DNA of 64,000 bases from Eledone cirrhosa (GCA_964016885.1 OZ024743.1:369954001-370018000), one strand, 5' to 3'; shown: positions 46,610 to 60,404, counted from the first letter of the stretch. The notes: generated by a model not told the origin, from the letters alone. Numbers and translations are program-made.

Positions 46610-47965
46610 TACCACCACCCCTATCAAATACACCACGGCACTACACCAATAATTACTCTAGTAGCACACCTTCCCGATCTAATCCTTCTAGCACAGACCT
46701 ACCGCTTAGGTTAAACAACCCTACTCTCACTAACCGCAGAAGCTACTGCAACTGCCGTTACCCCAATGCATGCCCATTAAATAGACACTGCCTGACACCC
46801 AACATAGTCTATAGGTGCACGGTTGAGACTGCTTCGAATACCAGCTCTTATATCGGGCTACCTCTAACCCTTTTAAGGTACGCTATAACGCGCACTCTTT
46901 TTCCTTCTGAGACCCTAGCAACAGATGTTCGACATCGCTAGCTAGGCTCATTAAAAACCTTAAATTAAACAACGTTCAACACTCACTAAAATGGGATATC
47001 GTGACTAGGGCCCAACCGTTCAATGAACGAATAAAATCTTGTGATTTCTGTGTTACGGAAGCATATTACATAACTCTATCACGACCTCTACCGATTAACG
47101 ATAGAACGGAGGTAACCATTAGGTGTCAACATCAAAGGGCTAATTCCTTGGCCAATAGAATTTTTGACCCAACTTAGTCATGTAGCTCCATTTCTACTTG
47201 TAGCTAATAAGTTAAATTGCTATGAACAACTCGATAATTATAAGTTACCTCCCCTACATTGTCTCTCAATTAAAAAAATTAAAATATACCATCTTAACTA
47301 TAAATACTCACAATCTCTAATCTCTCGAGAAGTTACTTCTTCTGAAAACACCCTCTAATTAGTAAGGTAAATATGCCCTTTGGCAGCCATCTTGTTACTC
47401 ATAGGCAGATCTCACACAATACAGCCTCGACAGATGAATACTGCTTGATTATGGCTAACAGCTGATGCAACAAAGACACCATAGTATAAACCAATATATG
47501 GAACATTATATTATGTAACATTATCCCATTATTTTAATTTATATTCCTTTGAAGTTCCGATGAGCCACTCTGTTTTTTAAATATGTTAATTATTTTCAAC
47601 TGAACCAGATCAATTATGATATATAGTCATCTGATACAGAAATATTATATGGAGTAGCGAAACAATTGTAAACGGACATTATTATTAATATTCTCTACAT
47701 TTCTTACATCAAACTAAAATATGTTGAAAATCTTTTAATAATGTCTTCCTTGTGAAGTTTGTGGTCTTGTTTTGCTTAACTAATGAATATTTCCAGCTCT
47801 GCGCACCTAACTACTGCATGAAACCAGCCATCTAGCTGCTTTTACTGCATATTGCACATTGAGCACATGCCTTTACGCTTCGGCTTCTAACTAACTCACC
47901 AATCTCTCCTCTCATATCTCCTCTACTATCTCCATCTCTCTCTTTAAGATTGGTTACTCTTGAAA
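46610..47965 (+). mobile_element. decayed Hydra-type PLE 3' end (GIY-YIG fragment plus pLTR)
   Basis: CNCRYPNACPLNRHCL, IVY...SYIG, later CDFC; hammerhead-like motif at 47554-47673. Confidence 0.8.
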
Positions 47966-47969
47966 TATG

Positions 47970-48028
<59 letters not shown>

Positions 48029-48030
<2 letters not shown>

Positions 48031-48897
48031 TCTAGTGGGTCCGGGTATGATTTTACATTCATTTAAATTATTAATTTATTGATATTTTTTATCTGAGTGT
48101 CCCGAATCTTTCGTTATCGATTTTTTCGATCGTGCGGTTGATTATAGACTTGTTCTATGTGTGACGGTATTTTAACGATAGTTATAGCTCTGATTTATCT
48201 AAATCAGCGAGCACTCTGCCGCTCATATCGAATTTTGTTTATCGTGAACTCGTGCGCCGATTTTTCGATACTCGATCATTCTAATATATTTAGCTCTGGA
48301 CATAGCTATCCACCAGTTAATTTTATTGCTCCTTTTTTGTCGATTCTATTGAGTGATGAATAGCTCCTGTTTTATTTTAACATGTCTATTGAGCACTTTT
48401 ATTCGATATGTGTATTTCCACATTTTCTCGAATAGTTTTCGCGGATGTAGAGGTTATCTCCCTTGCCGAATTCCATGTGCGTATTTAGCCTGGGTTAAGC
48501 CATCTTATCCGTTCGGACGAAGCTCGTTGAAGAAGTAAATTTCCTATTCCCTGAATTCTAGAAGTCTTATATATTTATATGTGAGCTGGTAGAGTACAGT
48601 TTAAGGATTTATAGAAACCCAAGAAGCTAGATTTAACACCTTTCTAGTGGGTCCGGGTATGATTTTACATTCATTTAAATTATTAATTTATTGATATTTT
48701 TTATCTGAGTGTCCCGAATCTTCCGTTATCGAATTTTTCGATCGTGCGGTTGATTATAGACTTGTTCTATGTGTGACGGTATTTTAACGATAGTTATAGC
48801 TCTGATTTATCTAAATCAGCGAGCACTCTGCCGCTCATATCGAATTTTGTTTATCGTGAACTCGTGCGCCGATTTTTCGATACTCGATCATTCTAAT
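48029..48897 (+). mobile_element. non-coding element: ~1.4 tandem copies of a 613-bp unit (terminal direct repeats of ~265 bp)
   Basis: 48029-48295 repeats at 48642-48900; (TA)n on both sides; no long ORF. Confidence 0.75.
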
Positions 48898-48926
48898 ATA
48901 TATATATTATATATATATATATATTA

Positions 48927-49929
48927 TATCCGGGAAATGCCTCTCTAGTAACATTGTCTACAAATGTAAGGTTGTAACACCCACGTCCCGTAAGGCCTAC
49001 ATAGGGTTAATCGCCAATAGTTTCAAGCAGCGTCTTTACATGCATACCCATTCTTTTCGTTACCCTCTAAGAAGGAATATGACGTCACTTTCAGCTTATA
49101 TCTGGAGTCTAAAAGACAACCAAACCCAATATAAGTTACACTGGGAGTTACTAGCTAGGGCTAGATCGTATAACGGAAATAAAAGACCATGTGACCTCTG
49201 CGCCGCTGAGGCCCTGGAAATACTCTACACCACAGACCACATCTTAAACAAAAAATCTGAGGCAATTTCGGCTTGTAAACATAAATTGCACAAAACTTTC
49301 CTGTATTACAGCCCCACGTTATACCCTAACGGATAGTACGATCTATACGTGGATATTTTACGTCTTGATGTGGGAGCTAAGTATATGTTTTGTTTATTCC
49401 TTTACTTATTTGCATAGGTAAGTATATACTACCCGTATGTTTTGTGAAGGTACGTATACCTTCCCGTACGTATATTTGATTGTTATGGCGTATAATTTTA
49501 TATATTCTGGTACATAGGGTTTGGCTATGTGTATACGGGAGTTTTTGCGTCTGTGTGAGTATGCAGGTTCGTACGTATGGTGGGTGTGTGTATATGTGTA
49601 CTTCTTGTTTTAGTTGACTTACGTCTCCGAACATATTTATATGTGCGTGGTTTTGTATACCTATGTATGTACGTATTTGTTTGCGTGTATGTATTTATTT
49701 ATTTCTATTACTTCTGTATTGTATTTATTTACTTTGTTCTTAACTCTGTAGCGGAGATTCATTTGGTCTCCTAGTTAGAATTTTAGTCTACGACTTCTGC
49801 TATACCGTTTACGTGGTTTTGTCTTTGCGTGCTATTGTTCTCAACGCTCCACATATGACGTATTATCTTCGTTTTTTCGATCATTGCCAGAGAACGTCTC
49901 TATGCACCACCTAAGAGAACATTAGTCTA

Positions 49930-49932
<3 letters not shown>
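48927..49932 (+). mobile_element. family-B PLE 3' fragment (endonuclease C-terminus plus partial pLTR)
   Basis: ORF 49040-49336 nearly identical to the C-termini at 15849 and 19665. Confidence 0.9.
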
Positions 49933-49979
<47 letters not shown>

Positions 49980-49986
<7 letters not shown>

Positions 49987-51465
49987 AGTCGTTTGGAAGC
50001 CTCGACAATGCAAATGGGTAAATCTCCGGGTAACAAGGTCCGGTGGTGGAGAGAGTGATATGTAAGTGGGTGTACGTTGAGATGCGTGGTGTGTATAAGA
50101 TGTGAGATGTGTAGAATGAAGGGAAGAGTAAAAGAATAAAAATAATAATAACAACACAAGAGAGAGAGTTACCTTGGGAGAGATTTAATAGTCCCTATAT
50201 ATTTCGGATTCACATCCATCAACTGGGTTTTTTTCCGGGGTGGAGGAAAAGGTTGTCTGTCGGACAACTCGGAACGCGTCTTTCGCTGTCTGTTGATTTG
50301 AATATCTGAGGTATTCGGCCGAGCGCGCGTACGCGTGAAATGGGGTCGGTCGTACAGAGGTCAGCGGCCGAATGAGGGAGTGGGATGGCGCTAGCTGTCA
50401 GTCCATTCTCTGTCTGTTTGTTAAATGTTACTGTGTGTGTGTGTGCGTGTGTTGTTGTCTCGCTTGAGTGTGTGTGTGTTTGTGTGTGCGTGTGTTGTTG
50501 CCTTGTTCATCTGTATTGGCAGTGTAGTATGTTCGTATGGTGGAATGCTACTGTGTGTGTGTGTGCGTGTGTGTGTGTGTAGTTGTCTCGTTTGCGTGTG
50601 TGTGTGTGCTTGTTAGCTTAAACCAGCTATTTCATTTCGCTTCTCTCTAATCGGTTGTTTATTTGCGGTTGCAGTTGTTTGATAAGAAGCGCTTCCTTAA
50701 TACGTAACGTGCCGACGTTTCTTTCAGTCGCTAGAATTGTGACAATGGGCCTTCCGTCTTTGTTTCCGCATTTGTCTATGTGTTTCCGGAAAGACGAGGC
50801 CCTGGTTTTAATGTGTTCCTTAATCCGGATGTGCAAAGGTCGAATTGTGCTACCTATGTAGTATTGGTTGCACCTGTCACATTCTATCTTATACACGACG
50901 TATGTGCGTAGGCAACAGTTAGCATGGCGTATCGGGCAGTCTCTGAGGGAGCATACGTCAGTAGATTTTTCTGGAGAGGCATCTTCGCAGGGAGGGGCCC
51001 GAGTGGGCCAGGTGGATGTCGAGGCCTTCCCTCCGTATAGCCTTGCGGATAGCGTTGGTGGTTTTCTCGCCCAGGTGTGGCATTTTAAGGAAGCACTTGC
51101 CTTGGGTGCTTCTCTGTCTCTTGCGTCTGGTGTCTCCTATTCTTCTGTGATCGAGGTAGGGTACCCGTTCGTCTCCAGCACCTCGAGGAATCGCTTGGTA
51201 TGAGTGACACCACTGGCGGGATCGCTGCATCTGTTTTTGATTCGCGCGATCTCGTTCGTGATGTATCCTCTTTTGGCACTGTTAGGGAGGGCGGACTTGT
51301 AGTGAACGAATAGGTCCCTGCAGGCTGCCTTTCTGTAGAAGTTGCAGTGGATCCCTCCTTGTTCCGTGATGTTGATTCGGAAGTCGAGGAGGGCAAGTGA
51401 CCCGTCTTCGTTGGGGTGTTCAACACTGAAGTCAATGTTCTCGTCCGTGTTGTTGAACATCCGTT
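49980..51465 (-). mobile_element. truncated GC-richer PLE of another family (RT thumb, GIY-YIG, pLTR)
   Basis: LALLDFRI, FYRKAA, NGYP, VVYKIECDRCNQYYIGSTIRPLHIRIKEH; degenerate hammerhead remnant at ~50190-50230. Confidence 0.85.
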
Positions 51466-51721
51466 TTTGATATGTTATTTGTATTAGTGTATACTTTCTG
51501 TATTGCATATGGGTGCTTGCGTGTAGGTGCATGCGGGTGCTCATGCTTATACGTATACTTTTATGTGAGTGTATGCATACGTAGCTGTGTGTTAACCAAT
51601 CACATCATTGCATCCATGATTGCCGGTCATAATATAACCCTACCCAACTGTGAGTGATAACATTTTAGATCCGTATCCTTATTAGTATTAGTATATTCCT
51701 CATATTCACTATCTTTTGCTT

Positions 51722-52124
51722 GATTTTATTTTTTATTTTTTATTTTTTATTTTTTATTTTTTATTTTTTATTTATTTTTTATTTTTTATTTTTTATTTTT
51801 TATTTTTTATTTTTTATTTTTTATTTTTTATTTTTTATTTTTTTATTTTTATTTTTTATTTTTTATTTTTTTTTTATTTTTTATTTTTTATTTTTTATTT
51901 TTTATTTTTTATTTTTTATTTTTTATTTTTTATTTTTTATTTTTTATTTTTTATTTTTTATTTTTTATTTTTTATTTTTTATTTTTTATTTTTTATTTTT
52001 TATTTTTTATTTTTTATTTTTTATTTTTTATTTTTTATTTTTTATTTTTTATTTTTTATTTTTTATTTTTTATTTTTTATTTTTTATTTTTTATTTTTTA
52101 TTTTTTATTTTTTATTTTTTATTT

Positions 52125-52188
<64 letters not shown>

Positions 52189-52234
52189 ATTTTTTATTTT
52201 TTATTTTTTATTTTTTATTTTTTATTTTTTATTT

Positions 52235-52271
<37 letters not shown>

Positions 52272-52332
52272 ATTTATTTTTTTAATTTTAATTTTTTTTC
52301 ATTTTTTATTTTTTATTTTTTATTTTTTATTT

Positions 52333-52369
<37 letters not shown>

Positions 52370-52785
52370 ATTTTTTATTTTTTATTTATTTATTTTTTTT
52401 ATTTTTATTTTTTTTTTTTATTTTTTTTTTATTTTTTTTTTAAATTTATTTTTTTTTTTATTTTTTTTTTTTATTATTTATTTTTTTATTTTTATTTTTT
52501 TTTTTATTTTTTTTTATTTATTTTTTTTTTTTTTATTTTTTTTTTTTATTATTATTTTTTTTATTTTATTTTTTTTTATTTTTTTTATTTATTTATTTTT
52601 AATTTATTTTTTTTTATTTATTTTTTTTTTATTTTTTATTTATTTTTTTATTTTTTTTTATTTTTTATTTTATTTTTTTTTATTTTTTTATTTTTTTTTT
52701 TATTATTTATTTTTTTTATTACTTTTTTTTTATTTTTTATTTTTTTTATCCTTTATTTATTATTTATTTTTTTATTTTTTATCCT
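51722..52785 (+). repeat. (TTTTTTA)n simple repeat, increasingly degenerate rightwards
   Basis: Direct reading. Confidence 0.95.
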
Positions 52786-52910
52786 TTATTCGTTAATCCT
52801 TATCTTGTACATGAACAATACTTTAAATTCCTCCCACCTATGATATCCCCACATTATATTCTTCTGTTTTGGATTTGTTAATGCTTCTATACTCTGTATC
52901 TACTCTTTAA

Positions 52911-52954
52911 GCTCTGAGGAGTCCCACTTTTAGTGTGGACGAAACATTGTCAGC
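52911..52954 (+). ncRNA. minimal type I hammerhead ribozyme
   Basis: GCT-CTGAGGA-GTCCCAC/GTGGAC-GAAA-CATTG-TC-AGC then AATTAAA; GUC cleavage triplet. Confidence 0.85.
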
Positions 52955-53191
52955 AATTAAAGATATACCTATGTTCTAAGCGCTCTTTGTTGTTAATTGT
53001 ATTAAGGCTCTGTCTTCATACATTGAGCTAACATATACTGCCTATCTGATAAGGTGAGTGTTACACACTCTCAATTTTCTCCTTTATATATATATAATAT
53101 ATATATATTTAATATATATATATATATATAATATATATATATATATAATATATATATATATATATTATATATTATATATAATATAATATAG

Positions 53192-53249
<58 letters not shown>

Positions 53250-53253
<4 letters not shown>

Positions 53254-53372
53254 AGTCGTGTGGCGGAGTGGTTAGATAATTGGATTCGCAATCGTAAGAT
53301 TGTGAGTTCGATTCCTGGACCAGGCGATGCGTTATGTCCTTGAGCAAGACACTCTATTTCACGTTGCTCCTT
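53250..53372 (+). mobile_element. tRNA-derived CORE-like SINE 5' part
   Basis: A box TGGCGGAGTGG (53261), B box GAGTTCGATTCC (53304), CORE-like TGTCCTTGAGCAAGACACT. Confidence 0.75.
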
Positions 53373-53469
53373 CTACCTGGAGTTGCGACCGATATATAGT
53401 ATTAGCAATTGGAAAGACCACCGGAAACATTGTTCCCTCGGTGCGATTTGACGAAAGTCGATCGTTCCT

Positions 53470-53505
53470 TTATATATATATATATGTATATATATTATAT
53501 ATATA

Positions 53506-53548
<43 letters not shown>

Positions 53549-53565
53549 ATTATATATATATATAT

Positions 53566-53622
<57 letters not shown>

Positions 53623-53641
53623 ATTATATATATATATATAT

Positions 53642-53675
<34 letters not shown>

Positions 53676-53946
53676 ATATTATATATATATATATATATGA
53701 TATATATATATATATTATATATATATATATTTATATATATATATATATAATATATATTTATTTATATTATATTATATATATTTATATATATTATATATTA
53801 TATATATTTATATATGTATATATTATATATATTATATATATATATATATTATATATATATATATATATTTTATGTATATATATATTGTATATACATATAT
53901 ATATATTATATATATATATTATATATATATATATATTATATATATA

Positions 53947-53989
<43 letters not shown>

Positions 53990-54008
53990 ATTATATATAT
54001 ATATATAT

Positions 54009-54081
<73 letters not shown>

Positions 54082-54087
54082 ATATAT

Positions 54088-54121
<34 letters not shown>

Positions 54122-54497
54122 ATATTATATATATATATATATATGATATATATATATATATTATATATATATATATTATATATATATATATATAATATAT
54201 ATTTATTTATATTATATATTATATATATTTATATATATTATATATTATATATATTTATATATGTATATATTATATATATTATATATATATATATTATATA
54301 TATATATATATTATATATATATATATATATTTTATATATATATATATTGTATATACATATATATATATTATATATATATATTATATATATATATATATTA
54401 TATATATATATATATTATATATATATTATATATATATATTATATATATTATATATATATATTATATATATATTATATATATATATATAATATATATA
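53470..54497. repeat. ~1-kb degenerate (TA)n array, one of many in the window
   Basis: Direct reading; similar arrays at 14700, 17550, 18225, 22840, 30818, 34157, 45260, 58950 and 59375. Confidence 0.98.
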
Positions 54498-57218
54498 TTT
54501 CGTTTCTGAATTTGTTTAGCAAGATTCTTTATCTGAAAACATGTGTTGAAACCGATATTGTTATACTTTGGGATACATGTTGCCAATAAGAAACACACGC
54601 ACCAGTTGCTTTCACTTCAATTTATTATAATAAATTTATAAATTTAGGAATTTATAAATTTATAAATTTCCGGTTGGTTGGTTGGTTCCACAACCAGATG
54701 TTTGTTTATATATTGTCAAAGTTCTTTCGTCACACATTCTGTGACCTCTTCAATGACTGGGGATTCTTTTCTTTGTTTTTTGTGCCTCTCCTTTGTTCTG
54801 TCCTAAGCCATCTTGTTTTTGTGTGTGTGTTGTGTGCGTAGTTTGCGCATGTTTTACATCCGGGTGTCTGTGTGTGTTTATATTCGTTTATTTATTTGTT
54901 TATCTACATGTTACTGGTTGGTTGTTTGTGCTATGTGTGTGTGTGTTTTCATTTTGTCCTTAATTGTAAGTTGTGATGTTGCTGTTCCACTCATGTTTTC
55001 TATTTAATTTTTGTTGTAATTCATTTATGTTTATTGCCTCTGTGATTTATCTAAACATTGCGTCTTTTCTGTGTGTAGATTCTATTTTAATTTCTATGTT
55101 CTCTAATTTACCCTTATGTTCTATTTTAGCATATTGGTAGAGTACAGATGATTCTTTACTATCTTGAAGGTCTCGCCAGTGTTCATTTATCCGTTCCCCT
55201 ATACTACGAGCTGTCTCACCTATGTACACTATATTTTTATCTCTACATTGTCCTTCAGTACATCTTATGCTATATACTACATTTCTAGTTTTACAGTTAA
55301 TATGGGGGCTTAATTTACAGATTATACATTTCTTATCTATACAGGGAGGTCTTTGAGAAGGGTATGTCTTGCTAATAAGTGTTTTTATGGAGGTACCTGA
55401 TCTTTCTACTATCTTAATATTGAGTTTATGTTTATCTACGGCCCTTCTAAATTTGTAAGCTAATTCACCTCTAGGGGTTGTATCGATGAACATTACACTC
55501 TGGTATTTATTGCTATCATACCATGAGTTTATTCTATTAGCCTTATTCCTAGTTCTTTCTATTCTATTCCATAATTTGCTCCTATACAAGGGGCAGGTCC
55601 CATTTGTGTCATTATTTACCATTTTTTCCCATTTGGTTCTGGCTCCTCTATACACTCTGATTTTATCTCTCTGATTGTAACCAGAGAACTGCATACGGTG
55701 GATGAAGTGTTGTATGTGTCTCTCTAGTTCTTCGGGGTTGCACATGCGAGACACGTTTCTCATCACCCGTACCAAATTCGCAATCAGTATGTTGATTTTG
55801 GTATGCTCCGAAACAACTGAGTTTCGATGGATCAGATATTTGGAAGTCATGGGTTTGGCATAATGGGAATGGAGGATTTGATTTTTATTAATGGTATCTA
55901 ACCAGAGCTATGTGTCTAGTACGGGTAATCGATGGTTGGGGTGTTTGCTTGGGTAGTATATAGTAAGTCTAATACTCTGGTGGATGGAGTTAGCTATTTG
56001 CTGGATGCTTTCCATTGTGTTTTTTTCTAATTCCTGACTGTTCTCTAGTGGGGGTGTTTTAACTACGATGTTTATATCATCAACGTAGCGGGAGTACATT
56101 ATCAGGGTTAAAGGGGTCTTCTAATTGTTCTTTAAGTTTAAATTTAAGTCTACTGGCCCATCATACCATGAATAGGTTAGCTATGTCGCCTGCAATGCTA
56201 AGAGCAATGGCTGCTCCCTCCTCTTGGGCATATGTTTTTCCATTGTTTTTTCATTAATATGGAACATATGTTCCTTAAGGGTTAATTTTATGCTTGCCCC
56301 CACCGCATGTGCAATCATTTTCTTTAGTTCATCGTGGTTTTCGGGGGTCCGTATGGCTCTGGTCCACCCGTTCCATCTATCTGTGTGGGTTTTCTTGGCC
56401 ATTGAGGTAATGGTAGGTGGTCTGCCTCTTGTTGGTCTTGTAGGGCACAGGTTGCTAAGGTCATATATGTCAGGATAATTATTACTATAGGTAAGTTGAA
56501 GTAGGAGTCCCAGCTCACTGGTATCAATCCCACGGAATTCAACATTGCTCTCACTGATCATTTCTACGCATTTCTCCACAGCAAAATCCACGTCAATAGA
56601 TGGATACAGGGACACAACATCGATACTACCTATTATGCAGTTTGTTAGGTCCCTAGATCAGTTACTCTCGCCGATTCTGCTGAGGAGGTCCTCCGTGCTG
56701 TCACATACATCTGGGGACATTTCAATGATGGGGCGTATGATCAGGGAGAGGAAGTAGGACAGTCTGTAGTTCTTAGCAATGTTAGCTCCTCAGACTAGCC
56801 GTGTGGGTGGTCCTGTGACAGGGTCACTGCTCGTTTTATGGTCTTTTCGAAGCCCATACAACGCTGGCACGTCATTGTTCCAGGCCTAGAAGTTGTTGGC
56901 AGTCCTTTTGATGGGCTGCATTATATTTGTCCACATCATCATATGGGCGTTGAGGGCTTTTTCTCTATCCTCATGCTCTTGTGGTGTTACTTCTCTTGTG
57001 TTAGTGATGTGGGGTTGCATTGCCTGGATGTAGTTTGGCAGACTGTCAACCGACATTCTGCCAGACTTGTCTGTTGGAAAGCATGCTATCTCTCTATTAC
57101 GCGAACGCTGCATGAGCTTACGCAAGCCATTTGCAGATTTTTCTCCCAGTTGCTTGGCCTCCATTCTATTATGTTTCTTACTATACTCTTCTATAATATT
57201 TCTAAGTTTAGATCTAGC
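54497..57218 (-). mobile_element. longest family-A PLE copy (frameshifted RT + GIY-YIG + pLTR)
   Basis: FPTDKSGR, DVVSLYPSI, YSRYVDD, LPVLD, CKTRNVVY..YIGET; hammerhead remnant at 54715-54757. Confidence 0.93.
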
Positions 57219-57385
57219 TATACTATTATATATATATTATATATATATATATTATATATATATATTATATATATATATAAATATATATATTATATATATA
57301 TATATTATATATATAATATATATATATATTATATAATTAATATATATATATAATATATATATATATAATATATATAATATATATA

Positions 57386-57436
<51 letters not shown>

Positions 57437-57442
<6 letters not shown>

Positions 57443-57737
57443 TAAAATAACAGATTAAAGTTTAAGCAAAGAATCGCTGCTTTCACCCTTAACGGGATCT
57501 TCTGAAACTAACAAAGTCAATCTGTAAACGCAGAACTGGATAACCAGTTCTGCGTTTAGAGATTGACTTTGTTAGTTTCAGAAGATCCCGTTAAGGGTGA
57601 AAGCAGCGATTCTTTGATTAAACTTTAATCTGTTATTTTAATAAATATTTGCTCTACGGTTCTTATATATTTGATATATATTTTCCTTATCGAGCCCTCT
57701 TTGGATTTTAGTCTTCAATTTTATTATTATTACTATA
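57437..57737. repeat. palindromic family-B pLTR mini-insertion with two CAGAAGA hammerhead motifs
   Basis: Arms 57437-57539 / 57544-57648; right arm continues into sequence matching 21812-21900. Confidence 0.85.
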
Positions 57738-58950
57738 TTTCACTCGCTTTACGCGTTTTAATTGTCCTAATAACTTAATTTAGTTATTATTGTACCGACG
57801 TGAGGTATATGATTTTTAATGCAATGAAATATCTATGATCGTCGGCAAATCACTGATGAGGGACTTATTTTATTACATGTTATCCATGTGCAACCTGCAG
57901 TATTCTTGTCCCCATTTTTTCACATATATTTACCTAAACTGCGATTCTGTTTTTTTCTCTCTCTCTCTCTTACTGCTCCCTCGCTCTCTCTGGTTCTCCT
58001 ACTTTCTTTCGCCCCCTCTGTCATGTCAGTTAACTCTTCCTCGCCCTTCCACTCACTCACTCACTGTTTCTCCTCTTCTCACTTCACCCCGTTCGCGACG
58101 AAATCATTTTCTCTCTTCTCACATTTGTATTCGCCCCTGAAAGGTCTTTTTTCTAAGCGCTCATATATTCACCTAGCTTATGCTAACAGAATAACTATGA
58201 AGCTTGTTCCCTTCCTTCTACGGTTAGCTATCCTCTTTGTTGTTATCTTGTTTCACTCGCTTTACGCGTTTTAATTGTCCTAATAACTTAATTTAGTTAT
58301 TATTGCACCGACGTGAGGTATATGATTTTTAATGCAATGAAATATCTATGATCGTCGGCAAATCACTGATGAGGGACTTATTTTATTACATGTTATCCAT
58401 GTGCAACCAGCAGTATTCTTCTCCCCATTTTTTCACATATATTTACCTAAACTGCGATTCTGTTTTTTTCTCTCTCTCTCTCTTACTGCTCCCCCGCTCT
58501 CTCTGGTTCTCCTACTTTCTTTCGCCGCCTCTGTCATGTCAGTTAACTCTTCCTCGTCCTTCCACTCACTCACTCACTGTTTCTCCTCTTCTCACTTCAC
58601 CCCGTTCGCGACGAAATCATTTTCTCTCTTCTCACATTTGAATTCGCTCCTGAAAGGCCTTTTTTCTAAGCGCTCATATATTCACCTAGCTTATGCTAAC
58701 AGAATAACTATGAAGCTTGTTCTCTTCCTTCTACGGTTAGCTATCCTCTTTGTTGTTATCTTGTTTCACTCGCTTTACGCGTTTTAATTGTCCTAATAAC
58801 TTAATTTAGTTATTATTGCACCGACGTGAGGTATATGATTTTTAATGCAATGAAATATCTATGATCGTCGGCAAATCACTGATGAGGGACTTATTTTATT
58901 ACATGTTATCCATGTGCAACCAGCAGTATTCTTCTCCCCATTATTTCACA
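57738..58950 (+). repeat. tandem repeat, ~2.4 x 513 bp, non-coding
   Basis: Units offset by exactly 513 bp (57835, 58348, 58861). Confidence 0.95.
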
Positions 58951-58958
58951 TATATATG

Positions 58959-59050
<92 letters not shown>

Positions 59051-59093
59051 ATATATATATAAATATATATATATATATAATATATATATTTAT

Positions 59094-59228
<135 letters not shown>

Positions 59229-59378
59229 ATATATATATTTATATATATATATATATAATATATATATATATATATAATATATATATATATAATATATATA
59301 TAATATATATATAATTGTTTCTACCTTTGGCACAAGGCCAGCAATTACCCAGTACATTACTGGTACTTTATTTTATAT

Positions 59379-59434
<56 letters not shown>

Positions 59435-59507
59435 TATAATATATATATATATTTCGTTCGTTTCTGAATTTGTTTAGCAATATAATATATATTTTCATTT
59501 ATATATA

Positions 59508-59601
<94 letters not shown>

Positions 59602-59658
59602 TATATAATATATATATATATATATAATATATATATATAGATATAATATATATATAAT

Positions 59659-59707
<49 letters not shown>

Positions 59708-59725
59708 TATAAATATATATAATAT

Positions 59726-59783
<58 letters not shown>

Positions 59784-59788
59784 TATGT

Positions 59789-59820
<32 letters not shown>

Positions 59821-59882
59821 ATATATATATATATATATAATATATATATATATTATATATATATATATATAATATATATAAT

Positions 59883-59957
<75 letters not shown>

Positions 59958-59959
<2 letters not shown>

Positions 59960-60238
59960 AGGGTCTCCCAAAGGAGCACTGAGTGCAATGTCAACTCTGG
60001 ATGTCGGTGAGCATGTCCAGCTAACCTCAGTCTCCTCTGTGTCACTTTTGAGGTGACTTTTGGGATGCTCCCATACAGCTCTAGAAGAGGAAGACCAAGG
60101 TTAACATATGTTGATGCCCTAAGGACAGACACTGGTCTGTTGGAGACGCAGGACATGGCTGCGATAATGAGGGACAGAGACCGCTGGAGAGAACTCGTCC
60201 CTGGATCTCGGGAATTTTACCCGCCTTAGATAGATAGA

Positions 60239-60240
<2 letters not shown>
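59958..60240. mobile_element. RTE-type LINE 3' end with 5' inversion
   Basis: Minus: ELYG...RRLRLAGHAHRH...LLWE; plus: RRGRPRLTYVD...MRDRDRWR then a (TAGA)n tail. Confidence 0.8.
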
Positions 60241-60289
<49 letters not shown>

Positions 60290-60404
60290 CGAAGGAAATG
60301 TGGTAAGGAACCAGGTGGACCATAACGCACCAAAGTACTCAATACTTAGGGTAGTAGAGTGGGTAATAGGAACCAGTAAGACCCCGACGGCTGAGCTCAA
60401 TATA

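Noticed and set aside
53250-53325. tRNA gene
   Set aside because: No proper acceptor stem, and it runs into a CORE-like domain: a SINE head
51716-54589. Long ORFs rich in F/I/Y (51720, 53327 and the many YIYI ORFs)
   Set aside because: Translations of (TTTTTTA)n and (TA)n repeats
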